Source of the DNA: Gallionella sp.
GTDB taxonomy: Bacteria; Pseudomonadota; Gammaproteobacteria; Burkholderiales; Gallionellaceae
Assembly: GCA_022340615.1 (NCBI GenBank)
Contig: JAJDNO010000030.1
Location: 41,624 to 105,623 of the forward strand
Direction: 5' to 3'
DNA: 64,000 nt
Both the position numbers and the translations under genes were made by a program. This document shows, in pieces, positions 1 to 10,292 of this stretch; position 1 is the stretch's first letter; each line of letters begins with the position of its first letter. Under the pieces are notes generated by a model. It did not search any database. It was not told the origin of the DNA and saw only the letters and a program-made list of their open reading frames with translations.

Positions 1-921
1 CAGGCCGACCAGATGTCGCAGCCGGACAACAGCGCGCTGCATCAATTTTTTGAACAGGATTTCACACCCTATCAGGTATACAACCCGGACGGCACCTCAC
101 AGGGATTGTTCACCGGTTATTACGAACCGAAACTGTATGGCAGCCCGGTCAAGACCGCGCGCTTCCGTTATCCACTGTATGGCGTACCGGATGATTTGCT
201 GACCATAGATCTGGGCGATGCGTATCCGCAACTGAAGGATCTGCGCCTGCGCGGCCGGCTGCAGGGAAACCGCGTCGTGCCCTATTACAATCGCAGCGAA
301 ATCGACAGCGGAGAGGCGCCGTTGAAGGGACACGAACTGTTCTGGGTGGACAACGCAGTCGATCTTTTCTTCCTGCAGATACAGGGCTCGGGCCGTATCG
401 AACTGCCGGATGGCAGCGTGGTCAAGGTCGGCTATGCCGACCAGAACGGCTACCCCTACACGTCCATCGGCAAGAAGCTGGTCGAAATGGGCGGAATAAA
501 ACTCGAAGATGCCTCTATGCAGGGCATCAAGGATTGGGCCGCACAACACCCAGACCAGATGGACAGCCTGCTGGAACAGAATGCCAGCTATGTGTTCTTC
601 CGGATATTGCCCGACTCGCTGCCAGCTCCGCTCGGTGCGCTTGGGGTCCCGCTGACCGACCAGTACAGCCTGGCAGTGGATCCGCGCACCATTCCGCTGG
701 GTGCACCGGTTTTCATTTCCACCACTTACCCGAACTCCACCCAGCCGTTGAACCGCCTGATGCTGGCGCAGGATACCGGGGGCGCAATCAAGGGCGCGGT
801 GCGCGGCGATTTCTACTGGGGCTTCGGCGCCCAGGCCGGCGCCCAGGCAGGGAGCATGAAACAGACCGGCGAGATGTGGGTGCTGTTTCCGAAGGGCGCC
901 GAACCCACGCCCAGTCCGTAA
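1..921 (+). CDS. mltA: Membrane-bound lytic murein transglycosylase A (5' truncated by window edge)
   Basis: FTGYYEP, FFLQIQGSG, YADQNG, AQDTGGAIKG..R.DFYWG motifs of the MltA/3D domain; frame is open from base 1. Confidence 0.93.
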   Translation, partial: QADQMSQPDNSALHQFFEQDFTPYQVYNPDGTSQGLFTGYYEPKLYGSPVKTARFRYPLYGVPDDLLTIDLGDAYPQLKDLRLRGRLQGNRVVPYYNRSEIDSGEAPLKGHELFWVDNAVDLFFLQIQGSGRIELPDGSVVKVGYADQNGYPYTSIGKKLVEMGGIKLEDASMQGIKDWAAQHPDQMDSLLEQNASYVFFRILPDSLPAPLGALGVPLTDQYSLAVDPRTIPLGAPVFISTTYPNSTQPLNRLMLAQDTGGAIKGAVRGDFYWGFGAQAGAQAGSMKQTGEMWVLFPKGAEPTPSP

Positions 922-1068
922 CAACACTTTCCATCTGCAGCAACCTGCCTGACTCCACGGCTGTCTGGCTCGCGCAGTTAACGCGCACGGATCTGCCACA
1001 ATACAGCCGATCTCTGTAAATTTTCCCCTTTACATTCAAACCCTTCATGTCGACGGACTAAAGACCAC

Positions 1069-1097
1069 TTGACAGGTATGGCCATATAACCTAATTT
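1069..1097 (+). promoter_or_regulatory. Candidate sigma70 promoter for the small ORF at 1244
   Basis: TTGACA at 1069-1074, 17 bp spacer, weak -10 TAATTT. Confidence 0.35.
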
Positions 1098-1243
1098 CAC
1101 CCTGCAGTCTGTATGGTTTTATGTTCCGGCAAACCCTTTCATTGAGATCGGTTCAGGTAACGACAGTCATCGAATTGAATCTTTCTGACCGGCATGCCCC
1201 CTGATCGTTGGGATAACGATTTCTTCATTAAAGGAGATCGAAT

Positions 1244-1387
1244 ATGAGTGCTCAAAGTATCAGCAATACCCCAGATAACAGATCCGCTGACGCAAAGGGC
1301 AGATTGTTGATGATTGTCCTAGCAATTATTGCAGCTTTGCCCATATTAATCGGCTTCTGGGCATCCCAAACTGGCGGGGCACTTTAG
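1244..1387 (+). CDS. Unannotated 47-aa single-pass membrane protein
   Basis: AAGGAG at 1231-1236, ATG at 1244; MSAQSISNTPDNRSADAKGRLLMIVLAIIAALPILIGFWASQTGGAL; followed by an intrinsic terminator. Confidence 0.65.
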   Translation: MSAQSISNTPDNRSADAKGRLLMIVLAIIAALPILIGFWASQTGGAL

Positions 1388-1414
1388 TTTAATAAGGCAA
1401 GTTGCAGAAATATC

Positions 1415-1440
1415 AAAGCCGGCGACAAGCCGGCTTTTTT
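1415..1440 (+). terminator. Rho-independent terminator
   Basis: AAAGCCGGC-GACAA-GCCGGCTTT followed by a T run. Confidence 0.8.
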
Positions 1441-1543
1441 ACGGATACGCAAACCGTTCATAGATTAAATTCAATTACGTCAATCCGGACCTGTTCTTGC
1501 CGCAAAAAATTCAGGCGTCCGGCAGTAATCCAGCTGTATTTGA

Positions 1544-2269
1544 TTATTGCTTGTTGTCCCGATTGTGATGTGCGCGAACACTTGCAGCGGTCTGTCCAAA
1601 CAGATTTTTCCTGCTTTCCTCGTTCATTTCGGGTGGTTTCGCATAAGCCTGTGCGACGGCATAGGCTTTAATCGTAGCTGGCCGCCTGCTGATCGCATCG
1701 AACCATCGCTTCAGGTTTGGAAAGTCCTCCAGATTCTGCTGCTGAATCTGCCAGGGTACGATCCAGGGATAGGTTGCAATATCCGCAACCGTGTATGCAT
1801 TTCCCGAAATGAATTCCCGTCCATCCAGCCTGTGATCGAGTACACCATACAGGCGGTTGGTCTCGTTCACATAACGGTCGATCGCGTAGGGAATTTTCTC
1901 GGGAGCATATCGGGAGAAGTGGTGATTCTGCCCGGCCATCGGCCCGAGGCCGCCAACCTGCCAGAACAGCCATTCGAAAGTAGTCTTGCGGCCGCGCAGA
2001 TCATCGGGCAGCAGTTTCCCGGATTTCTCGGCCAGATAGACGAGAATTGCGCCGGATTCGAATACCGCCAGTGCATCGCCTGCGTCCGCCGGCGCGTGAT
2101 CGACGATCGCGGGCATCTTGTTGTTTGGGCTGATTTTCAAAAACTCCGGCTTGAATTGATCGCCTGCCCCTATATTTACCGGGATGATCCGGTACTCGAG
2201 ACCGGCCTCTTCCAGAAACAGGGTGATTTTGTGCCCGTTCGGCGTGGGCCAATAGTAAAGATCGATCAT
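1544..2269 (-). CDS. Glutathione S-transferase (YfcG/GstI-like)
   Basis: MIDLYYWPTPNGHKI, ISPNNKMPAI, FESGAIL, GLGPMAGQNHHF. Confidence 0.9.
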   Translation of the reverse strand: MIDLYYWPTPNGHKITLFLEEAGLEYRIIPVNIGAGDQFKPEFLKISPNNKMPAIVDHAPADAGDALAVFESGAILVYLAEKSGKLLPDDLRGRKTTFEWLFWQVGGLGPMAGQNHHFSRYAPEKIPYAIDRYVNETNRLYGVLDHRLDGREFISGNAYTVADIATYPWIVPWQIQQQNLEDFPNLKRWFDAISRRPATIKAYAVAQAYAKPPEMNEESRKNLFGQTAASVRAHHNRDNKQ

Positions 2270-2350
2270 GGCTCCTCCCTAGATTCTGTCACTTACGTAA
2301 AATCGGCGGCTAATCTCCGTGTAGCACAAACACACCGCCCAAACCAGCCG

Positions 2351-3262
2351 CTAATCGGCGATATGTACCCGGTCGCGTCCGCCGTGCTTTGCGGCCAGCA
2401 ATTGCTGATTGGCCAGTTCGATGAGCATGGTTTCGGTGGTATCCCGATTAGGCACGTGAAATATTCCGCCGATACTGACTGTGACCAAGCCGTGCGGGGA
2501 ATCGCTGTGCGGAATATTGAGTCCGCGCACGCGCTCGCACAGTCTTTGCGCGTAGAGGCGTAATGCATCTGCACCGGGGAAAAATGCCACAACGGAAAAT
2601 TCTTCCCCGCCGTAGCGGGCGACGCAATCCGACGCGCGGACGAACGATTTGGCAATACAATCTCCCACCATGCGCAAGCACTCGTCTCCCGCCGCCTTCC
2701 CGTATCGCTCGTTGAACTGGCTGAAATGATCCAGGTCTATCATCAACACCGATATCCCGCTGCGGATGTGCTGCGAAACATCCAGCAGATCGGCAAAGCG
2801 CTTGTCGAAAAAACTGCGGCTGGCAACGCCGACCAGCGAGTCGCTGCTGGCGGGAAGTTCTGGCTTATTTTCTGTCTGGCCTGTTTCCGTTGCGTTCCTC
2901 AGGATGCCGATGAAGTGCGTCAGCACGCCCTGCGCGTTATGAAGGGGAATAACGCTGAATTCACCCCGGAACATCGAACCGTCCTTGCGGTAATTGCGCA
3001 ACGTCACGACACAGCCGGTACCTTTGGCGATCGCGGAAAGCATTAACGTGATTTCGGGCTGATTGGTATCGGTTCCCTGCAGGATGCGGTAATTCTTTCC
3101 GATCACATCGGCACTGCCATAGCCGGTCAACCGGGTAAAGCCATCGTTGACATAGCGCACCGGAAAATCGGGTTGCTGGACATCTACGATAGCGACGCCC
3201 TCGCGAGCCCCGATCAGCGAATTGACCAGCAGGCTCTGGTTTGTGTCTTCACCCGGAATCAT
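2351..3262 (-). CDS. PAS (degenerate LOV-like) plus GGDEF diguanylate cyclase
   Basis: VNDGFTRLTGY..VIGKNYRILQG..NYRKDG; RASD I-site and RYGGEEF. Confidence 0.85.
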   Translation of the reverse strand: MIPGEDTNQSLLVNSLIGAREGVAIVDVQQPDFPVRYVNDGFTRLTGYGSADVIGKNYRILQGTDTNQPEITLMLSAIAKGTGCVVTLRNYRKDGSMFRGEFSVIPLHNAQGVLTHFIGILRNATETGQTENKPELPASSDSLVGVASRSFFDKRFADLLDVSQHIRSGISVLMIDLDHFSQFNERYGKAAGDECLRMVGDCIAKSFVRASDCVARYGGEEFSVVAFFPGADALRLYAQRLCERVRGLNIPHSDSPHGLVTVSIGGIFHVPNRDTTETMLIELANQQLLAAKHGGRDRVHIAD

Positions 3263-3990
3263 GACATGCCTTGCTTTTCCTTCGGCGCGTTCAGGTTCTT
3301 TTCAAGTTCTTCTGCCGGCAGGTATCCCGGCGCCTGTATGCCATTGCCAAATATCAGGTTAGGCGTACCGTTGACATGGAGCTTCTGGCCCAATGCCATG
3401 ACTTTGTCGGTCTGGGTTTTGCAAACCGCATTCGCGGGCCTGATTTTCTTCAGCATCCAGTCTTTCCATGCCTTGACCGGATCGCTGGAGCAAAGCACGT
3501 TGCGCACGATTTCATGCGAGCCCGGAAATATCGGGTACAGGTACAGATACAGCGTGACATTGGTAACGCCGCTCAATTCCTTTTCCAGCCGTTTGCAATA
3601 TGGGCAATTCGGATCGGTGAATATGGCCAGCTTGCGCTTGCCGTTGCCCTTCACTTCTTTCACCGCAAGGTCAAGCGGCAATTTGTCGAAGTCGACCGCA
3701 AACAGCACGCGGCGCCTCGCCTCGCTCAGGTCGCGGCGGGTTTTTGCATCGATCACGCTGCCGTCGAAAATGTATTCGCCCTTTTCGTCGGTATACAGGA
3801 GCTGGTCTCCGATCACGACTTCATACAGCCCCGCATAGGGCGTCTTGACGATGTGTTCGATGTTGCCTATACCGGGAAATTTGCTTTGCAGGGACTGGCG
3901 AATCTCATTCACGCCGGCGTGGGCGGCGGACGACAGGATCAGCAGCACGGCGATCAGCGCGGACATGCCAGGAACAGATAATTTCTTCAT
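3259..3990 (-). CDS. dsbC: Thiol:disulfide interchange protein DsbC
   Basis: Signal peptide, FTDPNCPYCK, VNGTPN. Confidence 0.88.
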   Translation of the reverse strand: MKKLSVPGMSALIAVLLILSSAAHAGVNEIRQSLQSKFPGIGNIEHIVKTPYAGLYEVVIGDQLLYTDEKGEYIFDGSVIDAKTRRDLSEARRRVLFAVDFDKLPLDLAVKEVKGNGKRKLAIFTDPNCPYCKRLEKELSGVTNVTLYLYLYPIFPGSHEIVRNVLCSSDPVKAWKDWMLKKIRPANAVCKTQTDKVMALGQKLHVNGTPNLIFGNGIQAPGYLPAEELEKNLNAPKEKQGMS

Positions 3991-4024
3991 TGAGTATTCT
4001 CGATTTTATTTTGGTAGCGGCAGT

Positions 4025-5200
4025 TTAATGCAAGGCATGCTGCATCAGCATTTTTTTCAGCGGAGCGATGCGGTTGACTGAATCCAGCCCGAAATTGCGC
4101 GCGGATCGCAACACCGGAGCTTCGTTATTGAACAGATGTTTCAATCCGTAAGTCGTTGCCTGCATGGTATAGATATCTTCCTTGCGCTTTCGTTCGTAGC
4201 GGCGCAACAACATCGCGTCACCGCAGTCGTTTTGCGCGCCCCGCTCCAGAAGTATCTCCGCCAGCTGGCGCGCGTCGCGGAAGCCGGTATTCACTCCCTG
4301 CCCTGCCAGCGGGTGCATGTTGTGCGCGGCATCGCCGATCAGAGCGACGCGCGGCGCGCTGATATGCGGCAATACCAGCAGACGCAGTGGGAATGCGGCG
4401 GGCGGGGTGACCAGCTTCAGTTCGCCAAGGCTGTGCCTCGATGCGGCAGCGACTTGCCCGCACAGTTCAGGATGCGGCATTGCCAGCAGGCTGTCCGCCC
4501 GCTCCGGACTGACCGACCACACCATGGAAACCCGGTTGCCTGGCAGCGGCAGCAAGGCAAGGATACCGTCCGTCTGGAACCACTGGTATGCGATGCCGCG
4601 GTGGGGCAATTCGCATGAAAAGTTTGCCACCACCCCGTGTTGCCGGTAATCCAGCGGCGCCGCGCTGATACCCGCCTGCTTGCGCACCCATGAGTCCCTC
4701 CCATCGGCGCCGACAACCAGCTTTGCATCCACGGTGCGGCCATCTTCGAGTGTCAGCGTGGCGGAATCTGCGGCAAATTTCAGTGCGGCGCATCGCGCCG
4801 GGGCTAACAGGGTCAGATTCTCCTGCTGGGCTGCGACCTGCCACAGCGCATGGTGCAGGGCGCGGTTTTCAAGTATGCACGCCAGTTCGGCCACGCCCAT
4901 CTGATACGCGCTGAATTCCAGTTCAGCGCCGCTGTCGCCGAACACACGCATTGCTTCCACCGGCGCAATGCGGTCGGCATCCAGCAACGGCCAGGCGCCC
5001 GATCGTTCAAGGAAACCGCGGCTGCCCGGGCTGATCGCGTATATCCGGTTATCCCAGTCCGTTTCGCTGGCCGGCGAGATGTGCGGCATGAGCGAGGGCT
5101 GACTCTCCACGATCGCGAGCGATAGTCCGCTTTGCTTCAGCGCGGCAGCAAGACTGGCCCCGACCAGTCCCCCGCCTATGATAACGACGTCGAATTTCAT
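4025..5200 (-). CDS. UbiH/UbiF/VisC-family FAD-dependent ubiquinone biosynthesis hydroxylase
   Basis: DVVIIGGGLVG, VGADGRDSWVR, LIGDAAHNMHPLAGQGVNTG; start taken at MKFDVV. Confidence 0.88.
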   Translation of the reverse strand: MKFDVVIIGGGLVGASLAAALKQSGLSLAIVESQPSLMPHISPASETDWDNRIYAISPGSRGFLERSGAWPLLDADRIAPVEAMRVFGDSGAELEFSAYQMGVAELACILENRALHHALWQVAAQQENLTLLAPARCAALKFAADSATLTLEDGRTVDAKLVVGADGRDSWVRKQAGISAAPLDYRQHGVVANFSCELPHRGIAYQWFQTDGILALLPLPGNRVSMVWSVSPERADSLLAMPHPELCGQVAAASRHSLGELKLVTPPAAFPLRLLVLPHISAPRVALIGDAAHNMHPLAGQGVNTGFRDARQLAEILLERGAQNDCGDAMLLRRYERKRKEDIYTMQATTYGLKHLFNNEAPVLRSARNFGLDSVNRIAPLKKMLMQHALH

Positions 5201-5277
5201 GCAGAGAATAATAGCATGCCGCCAAGATTCATTTATAATCCCTCCCCCTCGCATTGACTCTCTAATTAAATATCAGG

Positions 5278-6285
5278 ATGCGCATCGGTCCGTACCAATT
5301 GACAAACAATCTCATCGTCGCGCCGATGGCGGGGGTGACCGACCGTCCTTTCCGCATGTTATGCAAAAGCCTGGGCGCAGGCATGGCGGTTAGCGAGATG
5401 GTGTCTTCAAATTCGCTGCTGTACGGATCGGAAAAGACAAAACGGCGCGCCAACCATGAAGGGGAGGTCGATCCGATCTCGGTGCAGATCGTCGGCGCCG
5501 ATCCAAAAATGCTCGCGCAGGCCGCGCAATACAATGTGGACAACGGCGCGCAGATCATCGACATCAACATGGGCTGTCCGGCCAAAAAGATCTGCAACGT
5601 GATGGCCGGTTCCGCGCTGCTGCAGAATGAACCGCTGGTGGCCCGGCTGCTGGAGGCCGTGGTCGGCGCAGTCAAGGTGCCGGTCACGCTGAAAATCCGC
5701 ACCGGGTGGGACAAACAGAACCGCAATGCAGTGCGCATCGCCAGAATCGCCGAATCCAGCGGCATACAGGCGCTTGCCATCCATGGACGCACCCGCGCCT
5801 GCGCCTATACCGGTGACGCCGAATACGACACGATCGCCGCAGTCAAAGCCAGCGTGAATATCCCCATCATTGCCAACGGCGACATCACCACACCGGAAAA
5901 AGTCAAGTATGTGCTGGCGCACACCGGCGCGGATGCAGTGATGATAGGGCGGGCTGCGCAGGGCCGTCCGTGGCTGTTCCGTGAAATCAGGCATTATCTC
6001 GATACCGGCAAGCACCTGCCGGCACCGCAGGTCGGCGAGATCCATCGCGTGTTGCGCGATCATGTGCATGAACTTTATGAATTCTATGGAGAACACACCG
6101 GATTGCGCGTGGCGCGCAAGCATATCTCCTGGTATACCAAAGGACTGAGCGGGTCGGCTCATTTCAGACATCATATGAACCAGCTGGAAGCACCTGACCA
6201 GCAGCTGGCGGCAGTGGACGATTTTTTTGCGGAGCAATCGCAGCGTGGGGCACGACTGCATTACATCGAGGAACTGGCGGCATGA
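5278..6285 (+). CDS. dusB: tRNA-dihydrouridine synthase B
   Basis: APMAGVTD, IDINMGCPAKK, IHGRTR; directly upstream of fis. Confidence 0.93.
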   Translation: MRIGPYQLTNNLIVAPMAGVTDRPFRMLCKSLGAGMAVSEMVSSNSLLYGSEKTKRRANHEGEVDPISVQIVGADPKMLAQAAQYNVDNGAQIIDINMGCPAKKICNVMAGSALLQNEPLVARLLEAVVGAVKVPVTLKIRTGWDKQNRNAVRIARIAESSGIQALAIHGRTRACAYTGDAEYDTIAAVKASVNIPIIANGDITTPEKVKYVLAHTGADAVMIGRAAQGRPWLFREIRHYLDTGKHLPAPQVGEIHRVLRDHVHELYEFYGEHTGLRVARKHISWYTKGLSGSAHFRHHMNQLEAPDQQLAAVDDFFAEQSQRGARLHYIEELAA

Positions 6286-6533
6286 CTGAAATTGTAGTGA
6301 ACGAAAACGATATGGCGCGCTATGTGCGCAAGGCGCTCAGGGAATATTTCAGGGACCTCGACGGAGAAGAACCCTGCTGCGGGATGTACGACATGGTGAT
6401 GTATTGCGTCGAAAAGCCGCTGCTCGAAATGGTGCTGGAACACGTCGGAGGCAACCAGACCCGCGCGGCGGAAATGCTCGGCATCAACCGCAACACCCTG
6501 CGCAAGAAAATGCTGCTGCACTGCATCGAGTAA
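6282..6533 (+). CDS. fis: Fis-family DNA-binding protein
   Basis: VEKPLLE..GGNQTRAAEMLGINRNTLRKK HTH; dusB-fis synteny. Confidence 0.92.
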   Translation: MTEIVVNENDMARYVRKALREYFRDLDGEEPCCGMYDMVMYCVEKPLLEMVLEHVGGNQTRAAEMLGINRNTLRKKMLLHCIE

Positions 6534-6615
6534 TCTCCAGTCCTTCCGGCAGGCCGGATTTTTGTAATCCACACCGTCGCAGGCTTACCCACATATACTT
6601 TTCATCGGAATCATC

Positions 6616-8181
6616 ATGGCAGCCATCAAACAAGCACTCCTCAGCGTGTCCGACAAATCCGGCGTTCTTGAATTTGCCCGGGGCCTGAACCAGCTCGGCG
6701 TAAAAATCCTCTCCACCGGCGGCACCGCCAAGCTGCTCGCCGACAACGCCATCCCGGTCACCGAGGTGGCGGATTACACCGGTTTCCCCGAAATGCTGGA
6801 CGGGCGCGTCAAGACGCTGCAGCCGAAAGTCCACGCCGGCATCCTGGCACGGCGCGATCTGCCGGAACATGTCGCCACACTGAAGAAACATGACATTCCG
6901 ACCATAGACCTGGTGGTGGTCAACCTGTACCCGTTTGCTGCAACGATCGCCAAGCCCGGCTGCTCGCTGGAAGACGCCATCGAGAACATCGACATAGGCG
7001 GACCGACCATGGTGCGAGCGGCGGCGAAGAACCACGGCCATGTCGCGATCGTCACCGATCCGGCCGATTACGCGGATGTGCTGGCCGAGATGCAAACCAA
7101 CGATTCCTCGGTGAGCGACACAACGCGTTTTGACTTGGCGAAGAAGGCCTTCTCGCACACCGCCGCCTACGATTCCGCAATCAGCAACTACCTAACCGCG
7201 ATCAATGCGGACGGCACGAAAAGCGCGTTCCCCGCTCAAATCAATTTCAACTTTGCCAAGGTTCAGGAAATGCGCTATGGCGAGAACCCGCACCAGAACG
7301 CCGCGTTCTACCACGACCTCATCCCGGTACCGGGCGGCATCGCCGACTACACCCAGCTGCAGGGCAAGGAACTCTCCTACAACAATATCGGCGATGCCGA
7401 TGCGGCATGGGAACTGGTCAAGACTTTCGACCAGCCAGCCTGCGTGATCGTCAAGCACGCCAATCCGTGCGGCGTCGCGATCGCCGAAACCCCGCTCGAA
7501 GCCTACAAGCTGGCCTACGCAACCGACCCCACTTCCGCGTTCGGCGGCATCATCGCGTTCAACCGAGAACTTGATGCAGACAGCGCGGCGCAGATCACCG
7601 CCAACCAGTTCGTCGAACTGATCATCGCGCCTTCGGCAAGCGATGCCGCGCTCAAGGTCACTGCGGCAAAACAGAACGTGCGTGTGCTCTCGGTGCCGCT
7701 TTCCAACGCCCACAACCAGTTCGACTTCAAACGCGTCAACGGCGGGCTGCTGGTGCAATCGCCGGACACGCTCAACGTACAGGCGGCGCAACTCAAGGTC
7801 ACAGGCAAGACTCAGCCGACCGGCGAACAACTGCAAGACCTGCTGTTCGCGTGGCGCGTGGCCAAGTACGTGAAATCGAACGCGATCGTGTTCTGCAAGA
7901 ACGGTCGCACGCTGGGCGTCGGTGCCGGGCAGATGAGCCGCGTGGACAGTACGCGCATCGCCAGCATCAAGGCGCAGAACGCGGGCCTGAGCCTGGCCGG
8001 ATCGGTGGTTTCCTCGGATGCCTTCTTCCCGTTCCGCGACGGTATCGACGTGCTCGCCGCGGCGGGTGCAAAAGCCGTGATCCAGCCCGGCGGTTCGATG
8101 CGCGACGAGGAAGTCATTGCGGCAGCAGATGAGCACGGGATTGCGATGGTGTTCACCGGCTTCCGCCATTTCCGCCATTAG
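6616..8181 (+). CDS. purH: AICAR transformylase/IMP cyclohydrolase
   Basis: [49 protein letters not shown]. Confidence 0.97.
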   Translation: MAAIKQALLSVSDKSGVLEFARGLNQLGVKILSTGGTAKLLADNAIPVTEVADYTGFPEMLDGRVKTLQPKVHAGILARRDLPEHVATLKKHDIPTIDLVVVNLYPFAATIAKPGCSLEDAIENIDIGGPTMVRAAAKNHGHVAIVTDPADYADVLAEMQTNDSSVSDTTRFDLAKKAFSHTAAYDSAISNYLTAINADGTKSAFPAQINFNFAKVQEMRYGENPHQNAAFYHDLIPVPGGIADYTQLQGKELSYNNIGDADAAWELVKTFDQPACVIVKHANPCGVAIAETPLEAYKLAYATDPTSAFGGIIAFNRELDADSAAQITANQFVELIIAPSASDAALKVTAAKQNVRVLSVPLSNAHNQFDFKRVNGGLLVQSPDTLNVQAAQLKVTGKTQPTGEQLQDLLFAWRVAKYVKSNAIVFCKNGRTLGVGAGQMSRVDSTRIASIKAQNAGLSLAGSVVSSDAFFPFRDGIDVLAAAGAKAVIQPGGSMRDEEVIAAADEHGIAMVFTGFRHFRH

Positions 8182-8386
8182 GCCTGCTGCGCTCGGCATA
8201 ACTGAGTTGTTCAAGGATTCAAAATGCGGGATCGCGAAGCGATGAACAGGAAGTACATTCCGCTTTTTGCGAGTTGGTCGGCAAACCGACCATCCCTGCG
8301 AGACCCGCTTCATCCTTTCACGTCTTGTTCTGCCTTTGCTCGTAACGGCCTAACCGCACCAAGTAGTTAGAAAGGCTTACTATTCT

Positions 8387-9679
8387 ATGAAGATTTTAGT
8401 CATCGGTTCCGGCGGTCGCGAGCATGCGATGGCCTGGCGACTGGCGCAGGGTGCCAGGGTCCAGAAAATCTATGTTGCGCCGGGCAATGCGGGGACGGCG
8501 CTGGAAGAAGGGATGGAAAATGTCGCGATCACCGCAATCCCGGAGTTGATCGCATTCGCGCAGCGCGAGGACATCCACATGACCATCGTCGGCCCTGAGG
8601 CGCCACTGGCGGCAGGTATCGTGGATGCATTCCGCGCCGCCGGACTGAAGATATTCGGCCCCACCAAGGCTGCCGCGCAGCTCGAATCCTCCAAGGATTT
8701 CGCGAAGCGGTTCATGGTACGGCACAGAATTCCGACCGCCTTCTTCGAAACCTTCAGCGAGATCGAACCGGCAAAGGCGTATGTCGAAAAACACGGCGCG
8801 CCGATCGTGGTCAAGGCCGACGGCCTGGCGGCAGGCAAGGGCGTCGTGGTTGCAATGAGCAAGGACGAGGCTCTTGCCGCGATCGACATGATGCTCTCGG
8901 ACAACAAGCTGGGCGATGCCGGCGCGCGCGTTGTGGTCGAGGAATTCCTGGGCGGTGAAGAGGCCAGCTTCATCGTGATGGTGGACGGCAAGAACATATT
9001 GCCGATGGCGACCAGCCAGGATCACAAACGACTGCTGGATGGCGACCGGGGACCCAACACCGGCGGTATGGGCGCTTATTCGCCCGCGCCGGTGGTCACC
9101 CCCGAACTGCATGCGCGCGTGATGCGCGAGGTGATTCAGCCGGTCGTGCGCGGCATGGAAAAGGAAGGGATCAATTTCACCGGGTTTCTGTATGCCGGCC
9201 TGATGATTTCGCCGGACGGCGGCATCAAGGTACTGGAATTCAACTGCCGCATGGGCGACCCGGAAACCCAGCCCATCATGCTGCGCCTGAAAAGCAATTT
9301 TGCCGCCATCGTCGAACACGCGATCAACGGCACGCTGGACCAGGTGGAGGTTGAATGGGACAGGCGCACCGCGCTCGGCGTGGTCATGGCCGCCGCCAAT
9401 TACCCGGACACGCCGCGCAAGGGCGACGTGATCACCGGCCTGCCAGACATTAAAACTGGCGGCAAACTTGAAGACGCGCATGTGTTCCATGCCGGAACCG
9501 CACTGCATGACGGCAAAGTGGTCACCAGCGGCGGCCGTGTGCTGTGCGTGACCGCGCTGGGAACGATGGTCAAGATGGCGCAAATGCGCGCCTATGAAAT
9601 CGCCGATGGCATCCATTTCGACGGCTGCCAGATGCGCCGCGACATCGGCTACCGGGCGATCGCCGCCAACAGGAAATAA
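8387..9679 (+). CDS. purD: Phosphoribosylamine-glycine ligase
   Basis: GSGGREHA, KADGLAAGKGV, GPNTGGMGAYSP, EFNCRMGDPETQ. Confidence 0.97.
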   Translation: MKILVIGSGGREHAMAWRLAQGARVQKIYVAPGNAGTALEEGMENVAITAIPELIAFAQREDIHMTIVGPEAPLAAGIVDAFRAAGLKIFGPTKAAAQLESSKDFAKRFMVRHRIPTAFFETFSEIEPAKAYVEKHGAPIVVKADGLAAGKGVVVAMSKDEALAAIDMMLSDNKLGDAGARVVVEEFLGGEEASFIVMVDGKNILPMATSQDHKRLLDGDRGPNTGGMGAYSPAPVVTPELHARVMREVIQPVVRGMEKEGINFTGFLYAGLMISPDGGIKVLEFNCRMGDPETQPIMLRLKSNFAAIVEHAINGTLDQVEVEWDRRTALGVVMAAANYPDTPRKGDVITGLPDIKTGGKLEDAHVFHAGTALHDGKVVTSGGRVLCVTALGTMVKMAQMRAYEIADGIHFDGCQMRRDIGYRAIAANRK

Positions 9680-9717
9680 AGCATTCCATCGGAACTGCAA
9701 ATTTTCAGGTCAACTTA

Positions 9718-10275
9718 ATGCTGCGCGCACCGTCCTCGTATCGCCGCATCGCCGCACACCTCAGACGCGGTGGCCTGATCGCATATCCCACCGAATCGTG
9801 CTACGGGCTGGGTTGCGACCCCGACAACCGCAACGCTGTGCTGCGCCTGCTCAGGCTCAAGCAGCGCCCTCAGCACAAGGGGCTGATCCTGATCGCGGCG
9901 GACTACACCCAGGTCGAGCGCTATCTGCATCCACTGACACAGGAAGAACAGAAGCGCCTCAGAATTGCCGGTGCGCAGGCCGTCACCTACCTGATGCCGG
10001 CCCGGCCTTCCGCGCCGCGCTGGTTGCGCGGCAGCCATGACACACTGGCGATACGATTGACCGCGCATAAACAGGCCGCGCAGCTCTGCCGCGGCGTGGG
10101 CAGCGCACTGGTGTCGACCAGCGCAAACCGCAGCGGTCAGCGCCCCGCAAAAACCTGCGCGCAGTGCCGCCGCCTGTTCGGGTGCAGGGTGTGGGTGTTG
10201 CCTGGCCGCGTGGGCAAAAACAGGAAACCTTCGACCATCGCAATGTGGGCTGATGGTAAAATCATCCGCAGCTAA
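9718..10275 (+). CDS. tsaC: L-threonylcarbamoyladenylate synthase (YrdC/Sua5)
   Basis: [36 protein letters not shown]. Confidence 0.88.
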   Translation: MLRAPSSYRRIAAHLRRGGLIAYPTESCYGLGCDPDNRNAVLRLLRLKQRPQHKGLILIAADYTQVERYLHPLTQEEQKRLRIAGAQAVTYLMPARPSAPRWLRGSHDTLAIRLTAHKQAAQLCRGVGSALVSTSANRSGQRPAKTCAQCRRLFGCRVWVLPGRVGKNRKPSTIAMWADGKIIRS

Positions 10276-10292
10276 TCAACACCGGGAAAATC

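Noticed and set aside
1088-1125. LexA box (CTGTATGG...)
   Set aside because: Only a half-site; no ACAG at the required position. The same applies to the CTGTA sites near 49959 and 51627.
1126-1175. c-di-GMP-I riboswitch suggested by GGCAAACC
   Set aside because: Lacks the GNRA/GAAA P2 loop and the following GGGACGCAAAGCC-type segment.
8182-8386. ZTP (pfl) riboswitch near purH/purD
   Set aside because: Conserved ZTP elements were not found, and it lies downstream of purH.
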